NCBI GenBank assembly: GCA_963732805.1 | Contig: CAVTAW010000001.1 | Location: forward strand, 619,095-683,094 | DNA length: 64,000 bases | DNA from: an uncultured Chloroflexia bacterium | GTDB lineage: Bacteria; Chloroflexota; Limnocylindria; Limnocylindrales; CSP1-4 | Direction: 5' to 3' | Part shown: in pieces, positions 59,701 to 64,000 of the stretch | How the letters are laid out: every line of letters starts with the position of its first letter | Numbering within the stretch: the first letter of the stretch is position 1 | Position numbers and translations under genes: made by a program | Notes under the pieces: model-generated | What the model was told of the DNA's origin: nothing | The model's input: the letters and a program-made list of their open reading frames with translations, nothing else | The model's database searches: none

Positions 59701-62550
59701 GACCTGCCGATCGTGGTCGTCCGGATCGACGAGGCCGCGGACATCGACATCGTCCGCCAGCTTCTTCGAGCGCACGAGTATTGGCGGCTCAAGCTGCTCG
59801 ACGTCGACCTCGTGATCATCAACGAGCACGGCGCTTCGTACGCCCAGGATCTCCAGGACGCGCTCGGCACGCTCGTGCGGGCCAGCCAGTCCACCCTCGT
59901 CCATCAGCGCCACGAGGCCCGCGGGGGCGTCTACATCCTGCGCGGCGACCAGCTCTCGGCCGACGACCGGACGCTGCTCCTGGCTGCAGCTCGGGCCGTT
60001 CTGCTGAGCCGTCGGGGCAGCCTCGCGGATCAGGTCATCCGTCTCGAGCGGCCCGACAGGATCGCGCCGGCGCCTCCGCCCTCGCCCCAGGCTCCGGGTC
60101 CGGACCGGCTGGAGGCCGCGGCGCCGCGACCCGAGCTGGAGTTCTTCAACGGCCTGGGTGGGTTTGCCAGGGGCGGGCGGGAGTACGTGACGATCCTGGG
60201 TCCGGGACAGGCGACCCCGGCCCCCTGGCTCAACGTGATCGCGAACCCGTCGTTCGGGTTCCAGGTCTCGGAATCCGGCTCCGGCTACACCTGGTCGGAG
60301 AACAGCCGGGAGAACCAGCTGACACCGTGGTCGAACGACCCGGTCACGGACCCGGCCGGGGAGGCGATCTACGTCCGTGACGATGACAACGGGGAGTTGT
60401 GGGGCCCGACGGCGTCGCCCATCCGGAACGACGGATCCACGTATCTCGCGCGGCATGGGCCCGGCTACAGCCGGTTCGAGCACGTGCGAGAGGGCATCGC
60501 GCTTGAGCTCGTCCAGTTCGTGCCGCTCGACGACTCGATCAAGATCTCGGTGCTCACGGTCCGCAACCGATCCGGCCGAACCAGGCGCCTGTCGGTGACC
60601 GCCTACGCCGAGTGGGTCCTGGGGTCCACGCGAGGCGCGGCCGCGCCCCACATCGTCAGCATGCTCGAGCCGACAACCGGTGCCCTCCTGGCACGCAATC
60701 CGTGGAACACGGAGTTCGGGGGACGAGTCGCGTTCCTGGACCTGGGTGGGCACCAGACCGCGTGGACGGCCGACCGAACCGAGTTCCTCGGGCGCAACGG
60801 CGCTCCGGACCGACCGGCCGGACTGGAGCGCGGTCATCAGCTCCGGGGGACGGTGGGCGCAGGGATCGATCCGTGTGCCGCCTTGCAGACGAGCTTCGAG
60901 CTCGCCGATGGGGCGACGATCGAGGTTCGCGTGCTGCTCGGCGAGACGGACGGCCAGGCGGCAGCGGCCGCTTCGATCACTCGCTGGCGGGAGGCCGACC
61001 ATCTGGCGTCGCTCCAGACGGTGAGCGACTACTGGGCCGCTACCCTGGGCGCGCTCCAGGTGCGGACGCCGGACCGCTCCGTGGACATCCTGCTCAACTC
61101 CTGGCTGCTCTACCAGACGCTGTCCTGTCGGCTGTGGGCCAGGACCGCCTTCTACCAGGCCGGCGGCGCCTACGGGTTCCGGGACCAGCTCCAGGACGTC
61201 ATGGCGCTGACGTTTGCCCGGCCGGAGCTCGCACGGGAGCACCTTGTGCGCGCCGCCGGCCACCAGTTCAGGGAGGGTGACGTCCAGCACTGGTGGCATC
61301 CACCGTCGGGTCGCGGCGTGCGGACGCGGATCTCCGACGACAGGCTCTGGCTGCCCTATGCGCTCGACCGCTACCTTGCGGTCACGGGCAATTCGGCGGT
61401 CCTCGACGAGATGGTGCCGTTCATCGATGGGCCGCCGCTCCATGCCGACCAGGACGACGCCTACTTCCAGCCCGAACCAGCCGCCGCGCCCGCCTCGCTG
61501 TTCGAACACTGCGCCCTGGCCATCGATTGCAGCCTTGCCGTCGGCACCCACGGGTTGCCCCTGATCGGATCCGGTGACTGGAACGACGGTATGAACCGGG
61601 TCGGCCACGCAGGCCGCGGCGAGAGCGTCTGGCTGGCGTGGTTCCTCCACGCGGTGCTGGCTGCCTTCGCTCCGATTGCCGAGGGGCGCGGCGACCGACG
61701 ACGCGCAGAACGCTGGCGCAGTCACATGAAGGCGCTGCGCCGGGCCGTGGAGCGTGACGGCTGGGATGGTGACTGGTACCGTCGGGCCTTCTTCGACGAC
61801 GGGACACCGCTCGGGTCGGCGGTCAATGCCGAGTGCCGGATCGACTCGATCGCCCAATCCTGGAGCGTCATCGCGGGCGCCGCCAATCCACTCCGTGCCA
61901 GGCAGGCGATGGCCGCGGTGGACGAGCATCTCATCCGCCGGGGCGACGACCTCGCCCTGCTGTTCACGCCCCCGTTCGACCGTTCCGACCTTGACCCAGG
62001 CTATATCAAGGGGTACCTGCCGGGTATCCGGGAGAACGGCGGGCAGTACACCCACGGAGCGATCTGGTCGATCGTTGCCTTCGCTGCCCTCGGCGAGGGC
62101 GACAAGGCCGGCGAGCTGTTCTCGATCCTCAACCCGATCAACCACGCCAGCACGCGGGCCGGCGTCCACCGCTACAAGGTGGAGCCGTACGTGATGGCCG
62201 CGGACGTCTACGCGGAACCCTCGCACGTGGGCCGTGGTGGCTGGACGTGGTACACGGGAGCTGCTGGCTGGATGTACCGGGCCGGCGTGGAAGCGATCCT
62301 CGGTGCCCGGTTGCAGGGTTCGACGCTGGTTCTCGATCCCTGCATCCCGCCCACCTGGAACGGCTATGAGATCGACCTCCGCTTCCGTTCAGCGAGGTAT
62401 GCGATCTTCGTCGACAACCCGCAGGGGGTCAGTCGCGGGGTGGCGTCCGTGTCGCTCGATGGACGGCCGGTGACGGCTGGCGGCACCGCCATCCCGCTCG
62501 CCGACGACGGCGCAACGCACGCCGTGAGGGTCGTGCTCGGTCAGCCATAG
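53797..62550 (+). CDS. cgs: Cyclic beta-1,2-glucan synthase homologue (Cgs/ChvB/NdvB architecture: GT84-like transferase, membrane blocks, alpha-helical glucoamylase-like region, GH94-like phosphorylase)
   Basis: Unbroken 2917-codon ORF (GTG start). RTLIVVPTLL, YVLTLDSDTRLPRGAA, HDLFEG, QHRWARGDWQLLPW (transferase). TM clusters lie near residues 430-480 and 840-990. PPDNFQEDPLPVVAHRTSPTNIGLYLL (helical region). The C-terminal third has GGAYGFRDQLQD, GDWNDGMN, ENGGQYTHGAIW (phosphorylase-like). Confidence 0.85.
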   Translation: MPSTPSLRDRPVSVLGSARRPTRPLGDLGDPIVSELFSVDRLEQHARSLASAQVATGEPRRARPIRPRVEENGRVLLECYRVLAGAIREERSITPAAEWLVDNFHIVDEQLREIRDDLPADYYRQLPKLGEGHLEGYPRVVGLAWAYVAHTDSRFDPDSLRRMVRAYQQVAPLTIGELWAIAISLRIILVENLRRLAERIVRSRAARQRADELADSLLGIGRDSPGVAEARLRRLTDETMPAAGRVRLFQRLRDQDPAVTPALGWLEDLLAAEGTTAEEMVRLDHQRQAAMNVTVRNVITSMRFISWFDWARFVEGVSLVDEILRFHDSFGDMDFATRDQYRHAIEELSRGSGSTEVEVARRAIALAREARGVPDANLASGRIHGAHLDDGDPGRLFDPGYYLISGGRPDLERSLEVRVPRSRRLRRAYRSAPSAYLATLAVATALILAVPLLLAGVGGATGANLLLFAVLALIPASDLAIALVNRVVTDVFGPVRLPRLELADGVPAELRTLIVVPTLLTTETAVEEQVNRLEIHYLGNVEGDLRFALLSDWLDAASETVPGDDELLATAAAAIDRLNARHGEAPGGGARFLLFHRRRRWNENERRWMGWERKRGKLHELNSLLRGSTTTDFVPAGRAASIPPSDVRYVLTLDSDTRLPRGAAAQLVGTIAHPLNRPSFDARTGRVEHGHAILQPRIAPTLPAERGASLFQRTYSGAAGIDPYASAVSDVYQDLFGEGSYTGKGIYDLDAFEQALAGRVPENTLLSHDLFEGTFARAGLVTDVELFDEFPSDYREATARQHRWARGDWQLLPWILGRARDATGRRRRSGLDRIARWKMVDNLRRTLSAPITFATLLAAWTVSTSAAVIWTGFVLAAIIIPDAMPVAAGLLPRRRGISKRSHLRAVASDVTLAAAHVVLGLAFLAHQAALMSDAIVRTLGRLWLTRRNLLEWTTASQTKASLDLDPAGFYRQMAGGVAIAGAVGVLVLALDPAALPIAGPFVALWLLAPVIARGVSLPPAELAGRQLSATDAGALRLIARRTWRFFETYVGPEDNALPPDNFQEDPLPVVAHRTSPTNIGLYLLATVTARDFGWIGTLETVERLEATLATIARLERFHGHLYNWYDTRDLNPLDPAYVSSVDSGNLCAALLGLSNACREMLDRPLPIEAARAGITDAIRLTRQAAAGIGDERRTETLTRRQLAEALEPLDGALDAPATDEAWAAQLADLASYARTLADVTVALTAERGDGGDGELVSWAAAVRHTVDSHRRDLQLLQAAGAASPTVRTPDRGPTPRPTLSELADLQVIAGGELGRADAAVALARRLQLIADSAQQLFAATEFGFLFDPTRKLFSIGFRVTEGALDPSYYDLLASEARLASFLAIAKGDVAPDHWFRLGRALTPVGRGSALISWSGSMFEYLMPALVMRAPARSLLDQTYRLVVGRQMSYAAERGVPWGISESAFSERDLDQTYQYSSFGVPGLGLKRGLSEDVVVAPYATALAAMIEPEAAVRNFARLGTAGASGRYGFREALDYTGRRLPEGATVAVVNSYMAHHQGMALVALGNVLNNSAMVERFHADPIVRATELLLQERMPRDVLVARPRAEEVTSSADVRDLVPPVLRRFSSPHDLTPRTHLLSNGRYAVMMTAAGSGYSRWGDIAVTRWREDVTRDTWGSYLYLRDPRTGAVWSAGHQPSGVEADSYEVNYSEEHAEFSRRDGSIVTGLTVVVSAEHDAEIRRVSLTNLGSHNREIELTSYAEIVLAPQAADVAHPAFQDLFVQTEFTPEIGALLATRRPRSRGERQIWAAHVAAVEEQAGGVIGYETDRNRFLGRGRSVRSPVSVIDGRPLSDTVGAVLDPIFSLRCRVSIAPGATAHAIFSTVVAESREEVLDLADKYREPATFERAATLAWTQAQVQLYHLGVEADEAHLFQRLANRILYSDPTLRPAPTLLARNERGAPGLWVHGISGDLPIVVVRIDEAADIDIVRQLLRAHEYWRLKLLDVDLVIINEHGASYAQDLQDALGTLVRASQSTLVHQRHEARGGVYILRGDQLSADDRTLLLAAARAVLLSRRGSLADQVIRLERPDRIAPAPPPSPQAPGPDRLEAAAPRPELEFFNGLGGFARGGREYVTILGPGQATPAPWLNVIANPSFGFQVSESGSGYTWSENSRENQLTPWSNDPVTDPAGEAIYVRDDDNGELWGPTASPIRNDGSTYLARHGPGYSRFEHVREGIALELVQFVPLDDSIKISVLTVRNRSGRTRRLSVTAYAEWVLGSTRGAAAPHIVSMLEPTTGALLARNPWNTEFGGRVAFLDLGGHQTAWTADRTEFLGRNGAPDRPAGLERGHQLRGTVGAGIDPCAALQTSFELADGATIEVRVLLGETDGQAAAAASITRWREADHLASLQTVSDYWAATLGALQVRTPDRSVDILLNSWLLYQTLSCRLWARTAFYQAGGAYGFRDQLQDVMALTFARPELAREHLVRAAGHQFREGDVQHWWHPPSGRGVRTRISDDRLWLPYALDRYLAVTGNSAVLDEMVPFIDGPPLHADQDDAYFQPEPAAAPASLFEHCALAIDCSLAVGTHGLPLIGSGDWNDGMNRVGHAGRGESVWLAWFLHAVLAAFAPIAEGRGDRRRAERWRSHMKALRRAVERDGWDGDWYRRAFFDDGTPLGSAVNAECRIDSIAQSWSVIAGAANPLRARQAMAAVDEHLIRRGDDLALLFTPPFDRSDLDPGYIKGYLPGIRENGGQYTHGAIWSIVAFAALGEGDKAGELFSILNPINHASTRAGVHRYKVEPYVMAADVYAEPSHVGRGGWTWYTGAAGWMYRAGVEAILGARLQGSTLVLDPCIPPTWNGYEIDLRFRSARYAIFVDNPQGVSRGVASVSLDGRPVTAGGTAIPLADDGATHAVRVVLGQP

Positions 62551-62648
62551 GCGAAGGGCGGACGGCACGATCCCGGTCCATCACGCGGATTGCTGATCGC
62601 ATGACACACCGGGCGGCCGCCCGCCCGCTGCGGGGTCCCGCCCCGGAG

Positions 62649-64000
62649 CTAGAAGTCCATGTCCCCGCCGTAGCCTGCACCGGCACCGGCTGGAGCCGGG
62701 TGCCGTTCCGGGATATCCGTGATGAGCGTCTCCGTCGTGAGGACCATCGCGGCGATGGAGGCCGCGTTCTGGAGGGCGGAGCGAGTCACCTTGGCGGCGT
62801 CGACGATGCCCTTCTTGAACATGTCGCCGTACTCGCCCTTGAGGGCGTCATAGCCCTCGCCGGCCTTCATGGCGGCAACCTTCTCGACCACGACCTCTCC
62901 GTGCGCGCCGGCGTTGTCGGCGATCTGGCGGACAGGAGCCTCCAGCGCCCGGCGCAGGATCCGGAGGCCGACGGCCTCGTCACCCACCAGCTCGACGAGG
63001 TCGAGTGCCGGAATGGCTCGCAGGAGGGCGACCCCGCCGCCTGCGACGAGACCCTCCTCGATGGCCGCGCGGGTCGTCGAGAGCGCGTCCTCGATGCGGT
63101 GCTTCTTCTCCTTGAGCTCGACCTCGGTTGCCGCCCCGACCTTGATCACGGCGACGCCGCCCGCGAGCTTGGCCAGGCGCTCCTGGAGCTTCTCGCGGTC
63201 GTAGTCCGAGGTGGTGTCCTCGATCTGCACCTTGATCTCGCTCATGCGCGCCTTGAGCTGCTCGGGAGCACCGGCCCCGTCGATGAGCGTCGTGTCGTCC
63301 TTGGTGGCGACGACGCGGCGGGCCCGCCCGAAGTCGTCGGCGGTGGCGCTCTCCAGCTTGCGACCGATCTCCTCGGAGATCACGGTGCCGCCGGTGAGGA
63401 TCGCGATGTCGCGCAGCATCTCCTTGCGCCGGTCACCGAAGCCCGGCGCCTTGACGGCGAGCACGGAGACGGTGCCCCGGAGCTTGTTCACGACCAGGGT
63501 CGCCAGCGCCTCGCCGTCGACGTCCTCGGCGATGATCAGCATCGGCTGGCCGAGCTGCACGGCCTTCTCCAGCGACGGGAGGAGATCCTTGATGGTCGAG
63601 ATCTTCCTGTCCGTGATGAGGATCAGGGGGTTGTCGAGGACCGTCTCCATCCGATCGGGGTTGGTCACGAAGTACGCCGAGAGGTAGCCCCGGTCGAACT
63701 GCATGCCTTCGGTGTAGTCGGTCTCGAGGCCGAGCGACTGGCCCTCCTCGACGGTGATGACGCCGTCCTTGCCGACCTTGTCCATCACCTCGGCGATCAT
63801 CTCGCCGACCTCCGGATCCGCCGCGGAGATCGCCGCGACGGCCGCCACGTCGGCATGGGTCTCAACCGGTCGTGCCTGCCGCTTGAGGTCGGTCACGATC
63901 ACCTCGACGCCCTTCTCGATGCCGTGCTTGATGAGCATCGGGTTAGCGCCGGAGCTGACATTCTGGAGGCCTTCGGCCACGATGGCCTGGCCCAGCACGA
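62649..64000 (-). CDS. groEL: Chaperonin GroEL, C-terminal ~450 residues (5' end beyond the window)
   Basis: [28 protein letters not shown]...[25 protein letters not shown]...VAGGGVALL...[16 protein letters not shown]. The ORF is open to the right edge. Confidence 0.95.
   Translation of the reverse strand, partial: VLGQAIVAEGLQNVSSGANPMLIKHGIEKGVEVIVTDLKRQARPVETHADVAAVAAISAADPEVGEMIAEVMDKVGKDGVITVEEGQSLGLETDYTEGMQFDRGYLSAYFVTNPDRMETVLDNPLILITDRKISTIKDLLPSLEKAVQLGQPMLIIAEDVDGEALATLVVNKLRGTVSVLAVKAPGFGDRRKEMLRDIAILTGGTVISEEIGRKLESATADDFGRARRVVATKDDTTLIDGAGAPEQLKARMSEIKVQIEDTTSDYDREKLQERLAKLAGGVAVIKVGAATEVELKEKKHRIEDALSTTRAAIEEGLVAGGGVALLRAIPALDLVELVGDEAVGLRILRRALEAPVRQIADNAGAHGEVVVEKVAAMKAGEGYDALKGEYGDMFKKGIVDAAKVTRSALQNAASIAAMVLTTETLITDIPERHPAPAGAGAGYGGDMDF

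Noticed and set aside
58030-62226. 1398-aa minus-strand ORF (and similar ones at 20052..22016, 44030..46198, 53803..54777, 54781..56574)
   Set aside because: All lie antisense to strongly supported genes and have low-complexity Arg/Gly/Pro composition.
62551-62648. GC palindromes (cgggcggccgcccg) downstream of groEL as a terminator
   Set aside because: The palindrome has no loop or U-tract, and I could not define a convincing stem-loop by eye. It was left unannotated.

Overview
Very GC-rich chromosomal segment (about 70 percent G+C by eye, not computed). It looks like a high-GC monoderm genome (Actinobacteria- or Chloroflexi-like): GGAGG ribosome-binding sites, frequent ATGA/GTGA stop-start overlaps, a PspC-type envelope sensor module, and a deazaflavin-type nitroreductase. 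The taxonomy is inference only. I support about 50 protein-coding loci and found no tRNA, rRNA, CRISPR array, transposase or integrase. Left to right: a KdpD-C/GAF/PAS histidine kinase with a frameshifted OmpR-type regulator; MarR plus a ClC channel; cysE plus a frameshifted cysK; a Ca/Na antiporter plus gluconokinase; a toastrack / PspC / HisKA_3 kinase / LuxR regulator module; a run of small redox and hydrolase genes; and a fused PreT-PreA dihydropyrimidine dehydrogenase. The dominant feature is a roughly 26 kb sugar island (24.7-50.6 kb). On the minus strand it holds a complete L-rhamnose locus (DeoR regulator, ABC importer, rhaM-rhaB-rhaI-rhaD), followed by a SorC regulator and a fused E1alpha-beta/E2 lipoyl dehydrogenase. 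Divergently, it holds a PHP phosphoesterase, RhaEW, two MDR dehydrogenases, an AcoX-like NAD-kinase homologue, a lipoate ligase, and a second E1alpha-E1beta-E2 set broken by about nine single-nucleotide frame shifts. The right end holds a ferritin-like protein, an amidase, a 2917-aa cyclic beta-1,2-glucan synthase homologue and the 3' part of groEL. Four things deserve a second look: the clustered net +1 frame breaks (biology or assembly error), the non-canonical genes joined to the rhamnose locus, the giant glucan synthase in a monoderm-like context, and two unassigned proteins (a CysRS-tail fusion and an LQRLAGN-leader protein). Nothing matches a known defence or mobile system, and I could not identify a single clearly novel multi-gene system with confidence. 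Coordinates of CDS starts moved away from the ORF track were derived by counting residues from the track ends. Frame-break positions are good to about 2-3 nt.
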